Source: Octopus vulgaris (lineage: Eukaryota). Taken from it: a stretch of DNA of 64,000 bases. Made by a program: the position numbers and the translations under genes. The stretch spans positions 43,834,001-43,898,000 of the forward strand of contig OX597829.1 in NCBI GenBank assembly GCA_951406725.2, given 5' to 3'. Below are positions 25,127-38,329 of the stretch, in pieces; the first letter of the stretch is position 1; each line of letters opens with the position of its first letter. The notes beneath the pieces were generated by a model. It searched no databases and was not told the origin of the DNA. It was given only the letters and a program-made list of their open reading frames with translations.

Positions 25127-25665
25127 GATGGCAATCCCTCAAGGTTGAGGATGATGGTCTTCGCGCAAATTTACTGGTGAGTCCGCAGGTGACTGATAAG
25201 ACCAACTCTTGCTCGAAAAGATCGGTCACAGTGCGGACATCTAGTGCCAGAAGGGAGAGTCGCACGTGGTTGTTGTTGGCACTCCTTTCGTCGTCGTCTT
25301 TTCTCCTCCAGCTTTGCAGACCTTTTCGACTCGAAATTCGCCGTTCCCTCATGGATGGTGGTTTTCCAGAGTGGTCTGGTTTTTGCCGTTTCCTCCCAGT
25401 TAGTGAAGTCGATGTCACACTTTTTGAGGTTCGATTTCAGGGAGTCCTTGTAGCGTTTCTTCTGGCCTCCTTTTGTACTACGCTTGCCGTCTTTGAGTTG
25501 TGAGTAGAAGATCTGTTTGGGAAGTCGTTCGTCAGTCATTCTAACCACGTGGCCGCTCCATCTTAGTTGGCCTTTGATGACATAGGCTTCGACGCTGGTC
25601 ATTTTTGCTTCTTGTAGCACGCAGACGTTAGTTCTTCTGTCTTCCCAGCTGATGTTAAGGATATG
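25127..25665 (-). mobile_element. 5'-truncated RTE-clade LINE 3' end with C2H2 zinc finger
   Basis: Stop-free ILNISWEDRRTN...LRWSGHVVRM.DERLPKQIFYSQL...GGQKKRYKDSLK...CPHCDRSFRARVGLISHLRTH; flanked by ATATG(G/C)AAGCT at 25116-25126 and 25661-25671. Confidence 0.92.
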
Positions 25666-25974
25666 CAAGCTATATGCATGATGGATAATATAGTCTAAGG
25701 GTAAAGCCGGCTGTTACTGGAGATTGTTCGAATTCTTTTTATCCATTCTGCTTCCCTGATTCTGTATTCTTGGGACTAAACAACGAGCACAAACCGTCAT
25801 CGCAACTTTTCCATCGCCAACAACGCCACCATTTTACTCTTGCTCCTCCTACCTCTACAACTGTTCTTCCTCTTCCTCCTCCGTCTCCTATTCCTCCTCA
25901 TTTTTTTCTTTTTCCTCTTTTCCTTCTAATCTTCCTTCTCTTCATTTTCTTTTTTTCACTTTGCTTCCCTACCT

Positions 25975-26179
25975 CCTCATCGTCGTCGTCGTTGACGTCG
26001 TCATTATCACCATCATAATCATCATAATCCTCATCACCACCACCACCACCACCACCACCACCACCACCACCATCAGCAGCAGCAGCAGCAGCAGCAGCCT
26101 TCTCATTTTCAGGATCATCATTTAAATTATCGTAGTCATCATTGTCGTCGTCCTCGTCGTTATCGTCACATGTAGTAGT

Positions 26180-26250
<71 letters not shown>

Positions 26251-26540
26251 CAGCAGCAGCAGCAACAGCACCAGAATTATCAACCTCATCTTCTTGATCA
26301 ACTTGAACAGCGCTACGAAAATCGACATCAGCATTTGTAGCAACTGGAATAGTAGCAGCAACAGCAACAACAACAACAACAACAACCACAACCACAACCA
26401 CAACCACCACAACAGCAACAGCAACAACAACAACTACTACTACTACTACTACTACATAAGTAGTAGTGGCAGCAGTAGCTACAGCAACAGCAGCGACAAC
26501 AGTAGCTGCAGCAGCATCGACAGCGAAAACAAAAGCAGCA
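25975..26540. repeat. Mixed trinucleotide region (CAC/CAG/TAG/CAA/CTA)
   Basis: Direct reading; all three plus frames contain stops. Confidence 0.8.
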
Positions 26541-26769
26541 GAAAAGGTTATTATCGTAATAGTCTTATAGCGTCTCTGCCTCCAAGAGTGGTACCATCAA
26601 TGCCACGACAACTGTCCCAACCTTTTTTTTTTTTTTCTTTTACAGAACCGGAAATTAAATATTCTCGTCGTTCCTCTCTAATTACTTCCAACAGACTCGA
26701 ACATCCATTCTTATAAAAATCTCCCCCCCACCTCATCTTTCTCGCTTTCATTTGTTCTTTCTACGATTT

Positions 26770-27040
26770 TCTTCTTCTTCTTCTTCTTCTTCTCCTTCTT
26801 CTTCTCCTTCTTCTTCTTCTTCTTCTTCTTCTTCTTCTTCTTCTTCTTCTTCTTCTTCTTTTTCTTCTTCATCTCCTTGAACTTCCTTCCCCTTCTCCTC
26901 CTTCATCTCCTCCTCCTCCTCCTCCTCCTTCTACATATTCTTCTTCTTCTATTTCTACTTCTTTTTCCTCCTCCTCTTCTTCTTCTTCTTCTTCTTCTTT
27001 TTCTTCTTCCTTTTCTTCTCCTTCTTCTTCTTCTTCTTTT

Positions 27041-27072
<32 letters not shown>

Positions 27073-27340
27073 ATCATCTCCTTCAACTTCATCCTCCTCC
27101 TTTATCTCCTCCTCCTTCTCCTCCTTCTACATCTTCTTCTTCTATTTCTACTTCTTTTTCCTCCTCTTCTTCTTCTTCTTCTTCTTTTTCTTCTTTTTCT
27201 TCTTCTTTTTCTTCTTCTTTTTCTTCTTCCTTTTCTTCTTCTTCTTCTTCTTCTTCTTCTTCATCATCTCCTCCTCCTCCTTCTTCATCATCATCATCAT
27301 CATCATCATCATCTTCTTCTTCTTCTTCCACCACCACCCA
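26770..27340. repeat. (CTT)n/(CCT)n polypyrimidine tract
   Basis: Direct reading. Confidence 0.9.
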
Positions 27341-28036
27341 CCTCGTCCTCGTCCTTCTTGTCCTCCTACTCTCACTCTACCTCCATATGCATGCTCATAA
27401 CCCTTATGGTATAAAGCATACAAACATGCATACATACATTCGGGCATACACATGTACTTAAAATTCAAATTTAAACCACACTTGCAGTAGCATAGCATAG
27501 CATATAGATGTACATAAGTACACACACACACACACACATCTATACACTCACAAGTACATTCTCTAACACAAACGCATACATACGAAGTCACACACGACAC
27601 ACGCAGACAGACATACACAAAAATACACGCATGCCTGCATATATAAATCGTGAGAGTGAGTTTTAACTAACTGAATGTCATCAACAATGCATTATTAATT
27701 TTTATAAATGTCATTTGACACAGCAAAAGGAAGAAATAAAAAGGAGAACAGAACAGTGAAACGCAACAATAACTGTTAGCTTCCCTATTACAAGGAGAGA
27801 AGATAATTTCAAAGCATTTCATTGAATTTTGAATGAATTTTGAATACCTAAGGGGGAAAATCCCGCACCGATTTTCGACAGCTAAGGTCACGTGTATCTG
27901 CTTTAATAGGTGACATAGATTTTGGCAATGTTCTTCCCGTTTCGGATCAGATGAAAACATTTGATGTAGGACAATTAAGAAACTTTTCTGGCAAGAGGAA
28001 ATCGGCTTAATTAAAACGGAATTTTAAAAAAAAATT

Positions 28037-28452
28037 GGAGTGGCTGTGTGGTAAGTAGCTTGTTTACCAACCACATGGTCCCGGGTTCAGTCCCACTGCG
28101 TGGCACCTTGGGCAAGTGTCTTCTACTATAGCCTCGGCTCGACCAAAGCCTTGTGAGTGGATTTGGTAGACGGAAGCTGAAAGAAGCCCGTCGTATATAT
28201 GTATATATATATATATGTGTGTGTGTGTATGTGTTTGTGTGTCTGTGTTTGTCCCCCTAGCATTGCTTGACAACCGATGCTGGTGTGTTTATGTCCCCGT
28301 TACTTAGCGGTTCGGCAAAAGAGACCGATAAAATAAGTACTGGGCTTACAACAGAATAAGTCCCGGGGTCGATTTGCTCGATTAAAGGCGGTGCTTCAGC
28401 ATGGCCGCAGTCAAATGACTGAAACAAGTAAAAGAGTAAAAGAGTAAAAGAA
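28037..28452 (+). mobile_element. SINE-A
   Basis: GGAGTGGCTGTGTGG... to (GAGTAAAA)n tail. Confidence 0.92.
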
Positions 28453-28594
28453 ACTAACTAGAGTGTTTAGAATTGTTAATCCTATATTTAATATATTTTT
28501 CCATTCTTGTGCCTGAATTTTCCTTCATATACTTAAGCCACTGGCCACTTGGAACTAATTCTTCTGAAATCCACTTTGTGTCACACACAATTAC

Positions 28595-29027
28595 GTACAT
28601 ACATACATACATACATACATACATACATACATACATACATACATACATACATACATACATACATACATACATACATACATACATTCATACATACATACGT
28701 ACATACATACATACATACATACATACATACATACATACATACATACATACATACATACATACATACATACATACATACATACATACATACATGCAAACAT
28801 ACATACATACATACATACATACATACATACATAAATAAATACATACATATATGCATGCAATCATACATACATACATTCATACATACATACATACATACAT
28901 ACATTCATGCATACATACATACATACATACATACATACATAAATAAATACATACATATATGCATGCAATCATACATACATACATTCATACATACATACAT
29001 ACGTACATACATACATACATACATACA

Positions 29028-29059
<32 letters not shown>

Positions 29060-29130
29060 CATACATACATACATACATACATACATACATACATACATAC
29101 ATACATACATACATACATACATACATGCAT
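28595..29130. repeat. (TACA)n microsatellite
   Basis: Direct reading. Confidence 0.92.
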
Positions 29131-29835
29131 ACACATATGTGTATGTATACGTATGTATGTATGTATTTTTAAAGGCGATCCTTAAACTTATGCGCTGGTC
29201 TCCTGCCATATCCCAGCTCACCATACAATAGCTGGTTGAGCAGTCGCTCATCCCTCATCCTTACCAAATGTCCCACCCATCCACCTCAAACGTCTTTGCA
29301 AAATCATTGACTCTATACTTCTACTGCCACTCCTCTCAAGCACCTCCACATAACTTATGGCATTTTCCAGTTAATCCCCCAAATTTTTCTCAAACAGTAT
29401 TGATGAAATCGTTCCAATTCCCTTACCTGCCTACAGTAAACAACCCATGCCCTTAATTCCATATAGCAAAGATGAGAGAATGGTGTGTGGGCGGAGGTGT
29501 TTGAGTCTTGCAGGCCTAGTGAGCCATCAAAATTCTCATAGAAATCGACCCATGATAAACAATAATGTGACTATTAAAATCCATAATAGAACGAGTGTGT
29601 AAAACGTGGAAGGGTGAGCCTCTCAGTTGGAGGTCTAAAAAGACATGTTAAGTGAGTGCATATGGTGGCACCTGTTTCTCCTGCCAGCCAGCACAGTCGT
29701 CTAGTATATAATAAAATGTGTAAAAGCTTGGCCGGGTTTAAAAGTCAAAAAAGGGCATCACATGCCAACAATCATGAATCATTTCAGTAAGTCGTCTCGG
29801 CAATGGCTTTTCTCGTATAACGAGGATACAGCTGT

Positions 29836-29990
29836 GATGTATGTATGCATGTATGTATGTATGTATGTATGTATGTATGTATGTATGTATGTATGTATGT
29901 ATGTATGTATGTATGTGTGTATGTATGTGTGTGTGTATGTATTATGTATGTATGTATGCAAGCATGTATGTATGGGTATGTGTGTGTATG

Positions 29991-30024
<34 letters not shown>

Positions 30025-30474
30025 TGAATGTGTGTGTGTATGTGTGTATGTATGTATGCATGCATGTATGTATGTATGTATGTATGTATGTATGTATGTA
30101 TGTATGTACTTACGTACGTATGTATGTACTTACGTACGTATGTATGTATGTACTTAACTATGTATGTATGTATGTATGCATGTATGCATGTATGTATGTA
30201 TGTATGTATGTATGTATGTATGTATGCATTCATGCATGTATGTATGTATGTATGTATGTATGTACTTACGTATGTATGTATGTATGTATGTATGTATGTA
30301 TGTATGTATGTATGTATGTATGTATGTATGTATGTATACATGCATGTATGTATGTATGTATGTATGTATGTATGTATGTATACATGCATGTATGTATGTA
30401 TGTATGTATGTATGTATGTATGTGTGTATGTATGTGTATGTATGTATGTATGTATGTATGTATGTTTGTATGTA
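29836..30474. repeat. (TATG)n microsatellite
   Basis: Direct reading. Confidence 0.92.
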
Positions 30475-30684
30475 GGTTATAAGGAAACTGTCGATCCTGG
30501 CAAGAGAAATGCAAAGGTAATTTAAACTCAGTAGTAATGCATAGTAATGAAATACCTCAATAAACTTCGCCCGATCTTTTACCGCTCTGCAGTTCCACTG
30601 CCGCACACACACAAACACACACACACACATATTCACACACACACATATTCACACACACACATACACACATATGTATCGACTGTG

Positions 30685-30921
30685 ACTCCACCAGTTACGG
30701 AGAAAAGAGTTACAGGTTATCCGATCAATGCAACAGCTTGCACGGGAAATTAACGTGCCAGTGGCTAAGCACTCTGCAAACACCCTTTTACACGTGACAC
30801 AGAATGTGAAATAGGACAAGACCTATTACACTTTGAATTACACTTTTGCCAGCTAGGTGATATGGAGCATCGTGAAATAAATGTTTTTGTCAAAGGACAC
30901 AACACATTGTCGGGAATCGAT
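30685..30921 (-). mobile_element. Diverged SINE with family C tail
   Basis: CCGATCAATGCAACAGCTTGCACGGGAAATTAACGTG...CAAAGGACACAACAC...GGGAATCGA. Confidence 0.65.
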
Positions 30922-30926
30922 TATAT

Positions 30927-31000
<74 letters not shown>

Positions 31001-31005
<5 letters not shown>

Positions 31006-31210
31006 ATCCAATAAGAAAACACAAAAAAAACAAAAAAACGCAGCAACGCGAGGACGTGGAACAAATAAAGTATTATTGGACGCTCAGGAAAGAAGGGAAG
31101 AAGGAGGTTTTAACGTTTCGAGCGGAGCTCTTCGTCGGAAACATAGAAGGAAAGATCCCGAGAAGGGAAGACGGAGGGAAAAAAATCGGCAGCAGTACTC
31201 ACGAGGTCAC
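31001..31210 (-). mobile_element. (TA)n-flanked Penelope-like terminal fragment with hammerhead variant (31107-31142)
   Basis: Near-identical to 11197-11385; minus GTTT-CCGACGA-A-GAGC TCC GCTC-GAAA-CG-TT-AAAAC. Confidence 0.65.
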
Positions 31211-31699
31211 ATATATATATATATGCATATACAATGAGATATGATAATAGTAAATTAATATGTTATGATATATTAAATACATTATAATAAAACCCAAAAG
31301 GCAAGATTCACAAATGACGGTGCAAAATGACGCCTGCAATTTCTAGAAATGAGAGCGAAAAATATAACTCGGATAGCCACACAAAATTACCAATCTCATG
31401 AGATATTCAGGGACTGCGAGTGGCAAGCCACATCTTTCCTCGGTGAGATAAACTCACAGAATATAGTAGTTTGATAAAACCCTGTTAAGTGATTTCGAAA
31501 TTTAACCAACATGGTCTTGTTTCTCCTCAGGGGTTTCTACAATTTAGTCCGGGCTAAAGAGACAGTTTGCTTCCCATATTAATTTTAGCGCATGCTGTTC
31601 AACGGTTTTCTTTCTCTCTCATGAGCAACCGGGAAGCAAGCTAGTTTTTCAAATCCATTATAACACTTCTCTCGTAATAAAATATATTTAGTGACATAA

Positions 31700-32320
31700 T
31701 TCAGAATAGACATTTTGGATTTGGTCATTCTGTTTCCCGTAATATTTTTAGCTCTATATCTTCTATGAATTATGCAAAATTAGGTACTTTTTACGCTAAG
31801 CCAAGACTTAATATTCCCTGTAATAAACAAACGCATAGTATACCAGATAAAACCAAGTCCAAATATTCTTATATAAACAATCAAAAGGAGCCTTCCGCCC
31901 ATGACCCACCAATTAATTCTAGTGATAATCTTAGTAAGTTCTGTGATTGTAGGGTTAAAGAGCAATGTAAATAATAATTGCAAACGGAAGAATTTAGTAT
32001 ACCAAACAATACTAGAAGCTGATGATAAACCCTTTTTCTACATTGGTTCTATGGAATCATATATGAAGTTTAGATTGGCTAACCATGAATGTTCTTTTAG
32101 AAACCCCAATAAATGTTCTTCGACTAGTCTTAGTAAATTCATCAGTTTTAAAATTAGATGTTCTCCAAAATCTTGCAATCCACTTGTTACAAAGTGTCAA
32201 CTCTACACTCCAGAGTGCTATAACATATATTTTTCTAGTAAATAATTATTAAATGAGAGGGTTAAAAAATTCTCAGCTTGCCTACACACTCCTAAATATC
32301 TATTTTGTAAGTCATTAAAC
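31700..32320 (+). pseudogene. Decayed Penelope-like element GIY-YIG endonuclease region
   Basis: FCDCRVKEQC / CKRKNLVYQ...FFYIGSME...KFRLANHECSFRN...TSLSKFI...KCQL...LLNER....SACLHTPKY; frameshift near 31970 and in-frame stop. Confidence 0.8.
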
Positions 32321-32566
32321 ATTTATTAATTATTAATATCATTTGTTGTTAGCTTCCTTATTAACCATAAATGTATTTACTAAATTTTAAACTCAATTAA
32401 TTAGATCCTTTCTAGAATCAGCATTAATATCTATAATTTCATACAATATAAAATATACATCTTGCCTAAATATATTTATTTCTAACGTATACATAATATA
32501 TACGAATGGTCATATTCCAACAATCCTTCAATTTTATTTCTTTCGAAAGATATATAAATGACATCT

Positions 32567-32965
32567 GTGGCTGTGTGGTAAGTAGCTTGTTTACCGACCA
32601 CATGGTTCCGGGTTCAGGCTGACTGCGTGGCACCTTGGGCAAGTGTCTTCTACTATAGCCTCGGGCCGACCAAAGCTGTGTGAATGGATTTGGTAGACGG
32701 AAACTGAAAGAAGCCTGTCGTATATATATATATATGTATTTGTGTGTATGTGTTTGTGTGTCTGTGTTTCTTCCCTAGCATTGCTTGACAACCGATGCTG
32801 GTGTGTTTATGTCCCCGTTACTTAGCGATTCGGCAAAAGAGACCGATAGAAGAAGTACTGGGCTTACAAAAGAATAAGTCCCGGGGTCGAGTTGCTCGAC
32901 TAAAGGCGGTGCTCCAGCATGGCCGCAGTCAAATGACTGAAACAAGTAAAAGAGTAAAAGAGAGT
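32567..32965 (+). mobile_element. SINE-A
   Basis: Match to the family from TGTGGCTGTGTGG to the tail. Confidence 0.92.
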
Positions 32966-34010
32966 TACCTATAAATTCCTAGCATACGTGTTATTTCATT
33001 CTTATTTTTACAGTGTAAGTTAATTTGTATTATAATTCATATTTGTTAAATTATCTTTAATATCAAAACTTGGTTTAAATACTAAATAGTTCTAATCTAG
33101 CTTAGCAAAAAATCGATCATAAATGCAAATAGTGAGTTTTTTCTTCATATAACATAATACGTTATTCCAATATATATATATATATATATATATAATACAT
33201 TAATAAATAAAATAAAACATATGCATATATATAAACATATATGTACGTACCTACCTCTACATGTACATATATACGCATATATGAGTACAGGACACACAAA
33301 AAAAGGACGTCGAACACAATGAGAAACTTGAAAACATAGACACAAACCAAAGGAACTGGACATTTATTTAAAAACAGGTTAAAAAATAGAATACAGGACA
33401 ATTAACACTATAAACATAAAAAACCCTTCTTCAGTCGCTAAAGGTTTCATCTACTCTACGTTTCGAAGGATATATATATATATATATATATAAACAAATG
33501 TATAAATACGTAAATATGAATATTGACGACTAGGGTTTCATATCATAACGGACAGATTTTTCAAACTTTTGTCTAAACTTGATTTTGAGTATGACACAAT
33601 ATGATGTGAACGCTATTCATCCATGGATGAATGAAAACCAAACCAATGAATATAATTAATCAATAATGGTCGACTAACAATTATTTTTTTCTTTTAGTAT
33701 CTAACTTATCCTTCATTTATTTCATCATAATTCTTCCCTCGCGTTCTTAAGTATCGTTCGTTCCTTTGGTTTAAATTCATATACTAATTTTAAAGATTTA
33801 TATTTTTCTTTACTTTTATATTATATCTCCTTACTTTATATTTTTTAATATTTTATTCATTTATTTATGTTATTCTATCTTTACTTACAACTATAATTCG
33901 CTAACTAAATACATACGCATAATATATATGAACTAACTGCTTAAACTTCTAAGTAGTTCGTCTGTATCCTTTCAAGACATATTTTAACATTTTTTGTATA
34001 AGCTCGTAAA

Positions 34011-34120
34011 CCACTGATGATATTCTGCCCCGATAGTTGAAAATGATGACCAATTCTTAGCATGTGACCCTTCCCAAATGCTTAGAATTACGAATCACTT
34101 AGAGGCATGAATCGAAACAT
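34011..34120 (+). ncRNA. Hammerhead core with long stem II, cut off by a SINE-A insertion
   Basis: CCA-CTGATGA (34014-34020)-(T)ATTC TGCC...GGCA T GAAT(C)-GAAA (34114-34117)-CAT, then the SINE tail. Confidence 0.5.
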
Positions 34121-34121
34121 A

Positions 34122-34337
34122 TACTCTTTTATTCTTTTACTTGTTTCAGTCATTTGACTGCGGCCATGCTGGAGCACCGCCTTTAGTCGAGCAACTCAAC
34201 CCCGGGACTTATTCTTTGTAAGCCCAGTACTTATTCTATCGGTCTCTTTTTGTCGAACCGCTAAGTGACGGGGACATAAACACACCAGCATCGGTTGTCA
34301 AGCAATGCTAGGGGGACAGACACAGACACTCAAACAT

Positions 34338-34429
<92 letters not shown>

Positions 34430-34598
34430 TACATATATACAACGGGCTTCTTTCAGTTTCCGTCTACCAAATCCACTCACAAGGCTTTGGTCGGGCCGAG
34501 GCTATAGTAGAAGACACTTGCTCAAGGTGCCACGCAGTGGGACTGAACCCGGAACCATGTGGTTGGTAGGCAAGCTACTTACCACACAGCCATTCCTG
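34122..34598 (-). mobile_element. SINE-A
   Basis: Reverse-complement match to the family. Confidence 0.92.
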
Positions 34599-34845
34599 TT
34601 GGCATCTGCAATTTATTTTAGAGCTTTATAATTTATAATTCCTTTGTATTCTTTTCATTAAAAAAAAAATTTCAACCTCATTGTATCATACAAATAAATT
34701 ATTTAAACATCAACACTTCTCAATTTTCTTATTTTCATCATTATATATATAGTATCTTTCAGCAGGCTATCGACACGCAGTCTATGTCAGTATAGTGCTT
34801 GCAAGGGAGGTCATTGCTTCCATTTCCAGCCTTACATGATACTCT

Positions 34846-34922
<77 letters not shown>

Positions 34923-34954
34923 TATATACATATGTGTGTATGTGTGTTATGTAC

Positions 34955-34991
<37 letters not shown>

Positions 34992-34994
<3 letters not shown>

Positions 34995-35270
34995 CAGATG
35001 AATATGGTACTTAAGTTGAGGCACCAGAGTTTAGTACGGTATTATAGTATTTTAGTACGGTATTAGCATTTAGTACGGTATTATATGGAGATTTTAGGTA
35101 AATTATACTAACGTGTCCACCTGTTTTAATTTAATAAAATTCTGTCTTCATGCAGCTGAGGATTGCTCTGCATTTAAATTGATGTAATGATTGCATTGTT
35201 CAATTAAATGGTGTTGCTCGAAACGATCGTACCTCATTGTCTCTGGCTATCCTTGTTGCTTGTTTTGATA
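34992..35270 (+). mobile_element. (TA)n-flanked Penelope-like fragment with hammerhead (35150-35237) and inverted terminal piece
   Basis: Second copy of 10750-10940; ATGCAG-CTGAGGA-...-GAAA-CGATCG-TA; 34993-35030 is the reverse complement of the family 3' end seen at 10985-11022. Confidence 0.65.
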
Positions 35271-35289
35271 TATATACATACATACATAC

Positions 35290-35336
<47 letters not shown>

Positions 35337-36194
35337 GCACACAAATGTTTCATTTGGAAAAGGTTGTGTTTTAGCCTGTCCGATAAAATCGTGTATCGTT
35401 CCATCCAACGTTCTGTATCTCCATTTCGACGCTTTAAATCAACAGATCACAATGAAAACATACATATCTTCATTAGCGTTTGTTTTCATTATTCAAAGCT
35501 GTGCTTTTACGGGTTTATAAAAATTGATACATGGTACAGATTTATGTCTAGATTGAGTAAACGTACATAAAGAAAATGCCTTTACAATGGATACATCTTA
35601 TATATTCTGTGGCAAGATACGATTCATAGATTCTTCACCATAAGACGTTTTTTTTTTATCAAGTCAGCCATCTGCGGCGTTGTAATCAAGTAAATATTTG
35701 ATAGCTGGAAGGAGTGATAGGGAAGAAATACATCATAAAGTACATAAATGAATAAAGTACATAAATAAATGAATGAATAAATAAATAAACAAATGAATGA
35801 AAATAAAAAAAAAAAGAAATCACTGAGGCAGCGAATTTTGGCAAGAATAGGTAAACTGTTAACCAAAGGAAAACTGAGAACAAAGAATCCAGTTTAAACT
35901 AGATGCAAATAGACAAAGAAAGAAGAAGCGTTAATTTTTTTTTATAGCGCAAGATACATCAGATTCTCTTTCAATTTCCTTCCGCCCACTTAACTTCGAA
36001 TGTTATTCATAGAATCTTTCTTTACATTTTTCGGGCGTTCGTTATTTCTTATCCTTTCCTTCAACTTTTTCTTTGAATTCGAATCGAAATGGCGATTTCC
36101 TCCTCCGTCTCCTTCCTCTCTTTCATGATCTCTTCCCGCGCCTCGTTTCTCTTCCTTCTACAATCTTTCTTTCATCTTTCTTTTTCCTTGTCCT

Positions 36195-36226
<32 letters not shown>

Positions 36227-36243
36227 TTGTTCCTATTTTCGTT

Positions 36244-36276
<33 letters not shown>

Positions 36277-36314
36277 TTTTGCTGCCTCTGATGTTTTAAT
36301 ATCTCATGCGATTT

Positions 36315-36390
36315 ATTTCCTTTAACTCTCGCCGCCATATTTTCTTTAACTCTCGCCGCCATATTTCCTTTAACTCTCGCCGCCATATTT
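36315..36390. repeat. 24-bp tandem repeat x3
   Basis: ATTT(C/T)CTTTAACTCTCGCCGCCAT; GCCGCC at 36331, 36355, 36379. Confidence 0.9.
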
Positions 36391-36521
36391 TTCTCCTGCT
36401 TAACGTTTTTTCCGTATTCTGTCTTTCTCTCCATTCACCTTTTCTCCGATTTTCTCGCTCATTCTCACTTCTTCCCCATTCCCCACCCTTTATCCTTCTC
36501 TGACACTCTCTCCGTCTCTTC

Positions 36522-36607
<86 letters not shown>

Positions 36608-36920
36608 ATATTAACATTTTTTGATAAATTTTTTTTCTGATTTTTTAAAATCACTTCTTGCCAGTTTTCTACACCTAACTACCTACCTACATACTTACCT
36701 ACCTATCTACCTATCTACCTATCTACCTACCTACCTACCTACCTACCTACCTACCTACCTGCCATCATATCTACCTACCTGCATACATACATACATGCAT
36801 ACATGCATACATACATACATACATACATACATACATACATACATACATACATACATACATGCATACATACATGCATACATACATACACACATACATACAT
36901 ATAATAAATTCATATAAAAA

Positions 36921-36983
<63 letters not shown>

Positions 36984-38155
36984 ACACGCGCTGAGACTGC
37001 GACATCTCTGGCTCTATGTAGACGACGGTGAACAGGTGTGGTCACCGTTTGTGAGGCACGCTTTCCCGCAGCTCGTCTCCATGACCGAACTGCAGTCGTG
37101 GATCAAAAAGAGGCCGAGGAAGGGCGAATGGCACCGCGAGTGTCGCGTTGCTCTCAAGCAACTCTGCCGTCCTGGGTCGACCTTAAGTGACTTCAACACA
37201 ACCAAAGCATTCTATAGGGGTTTAGTGGAGGGGAGGTACGACGACGAGCTCGGGGCGAACCTGGACGTCGACGAGGAGTACCTGACCCGCCTGTTCAGGA
37301 CGACTTTCGGGCCAGGGCCCATGGACAACTTCCAGAGATCCCTGGCCTGGCAGTGCTACCGAGAAGCGCTACCCGTTCGGGATAAGCTCTACAGACACGG
37401 CTCGAGAAACACGGGGCCGACCTGCCCGAGATGCGGTCAGAGCGACGAAACCGTTCTGCACGCACTCGTTCAGTGTCCAACAATTTCCGACCTGTGGGCT
37501 TATGTCGAACAACTGCTGTCACGTGTGGGACGAGTCGGTTTATCAGCTGAGTCTATCGTCAATATTGTCACGCCTCCTTCCTTCAAACGGGAAGGAAGAG
37601 CTATTTTCATCATCCTTGTGGCTATGGCGAAAGAATGTATCTGGTGGACGCGTCTGAAAGGATTGGAGACAAACACTTTCCTCTCTGGTCAATCTCTCAT
37701 CAACTTCTTCAAGTACCACTTGAAAAGGAAAGTGAGAGTAGAGAGGCAAGTTTTGTCTAGCGAATGTTTTAAAAAAAGATGGGTGAATGTAGCAAGAATG
37801 GCACGTATGAATGACGAAGCCACCTTGAGCATAGTCCTATGAACCCAGAAATCGAAAACAGAGAGTTGCTTATTTGCAAAAAAAAAAAAAAAAAAAAAGA
37901 AGAAATATAAAATGTGACTTCATTGACCGAGGTTACCGTGGTCTTTTCCGTAGGCTTTTCTTTCCACGGGTAAACCTCACCTGTCCTCCCCTTTACACTT
38001 CATATTGACATTTCTGTGATAACGATCCCTATTGATCAATTTTTTTTCCTCTCCCCCTTTTTTTAACCCTTTTTGTCCTCTTCCCTCAACCCCCCTTTTT
38101 TTTTTGTCCTCTTTCTCTCCTTTTACGATCCCTTTTGATCGAAACTCCCCCTTCA

Positions 38156-38188
<33 letters not shown>

Positions 38189-38259
38189 CTTCAAAAGAAA
38201 AGCTCTACCTTGTAATTTGTTCTATCTGTGTGCAGCCCTGTGTGGCTAATAAAGAAACA
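36984..38259 (+). mobile_element. 5'-truncated Tx1/L1-clade LINE (ORF2 C-terminus plus 3' UTR) inserted in (TATC)n
   Basis: Stop-free ORF to 37842 with AWQCYREALPVRDKL...CPRCGQSDETVLHALVQC (zf-RVT CCHC)...AKECIWWTR; T-rich 3' UTR, AATAAA 38248-38253; (TATC)n on both sides. Confidence 0.9.
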
Positions 38260-38281
38260 TATCTATCTATCTATCTATCTA

Positions 38282-38329
<48 letters not shown>

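Noticed and set aside
25898-26716. Acidic/poly-A/poly-G minus ORF and polyQ/polyH-looking plus frames
   Set aside because: Trinucleotide mosaic; plus frames contain stops; no domain or splice support
28454-30642. Many MYVC/YIHT ORFs (also at 19471-19866, 42903-43410, 44692-45384)
   Set aside because: Translations of (TATG)n/(TACA)n microsatellites
33420-33470. Hammerhead from minus-strand GAAACGTA...CTGAAGAAGGG
   Set aside because: Core halves are in the wrong order for type I and no consistent stems form for a permuted fold
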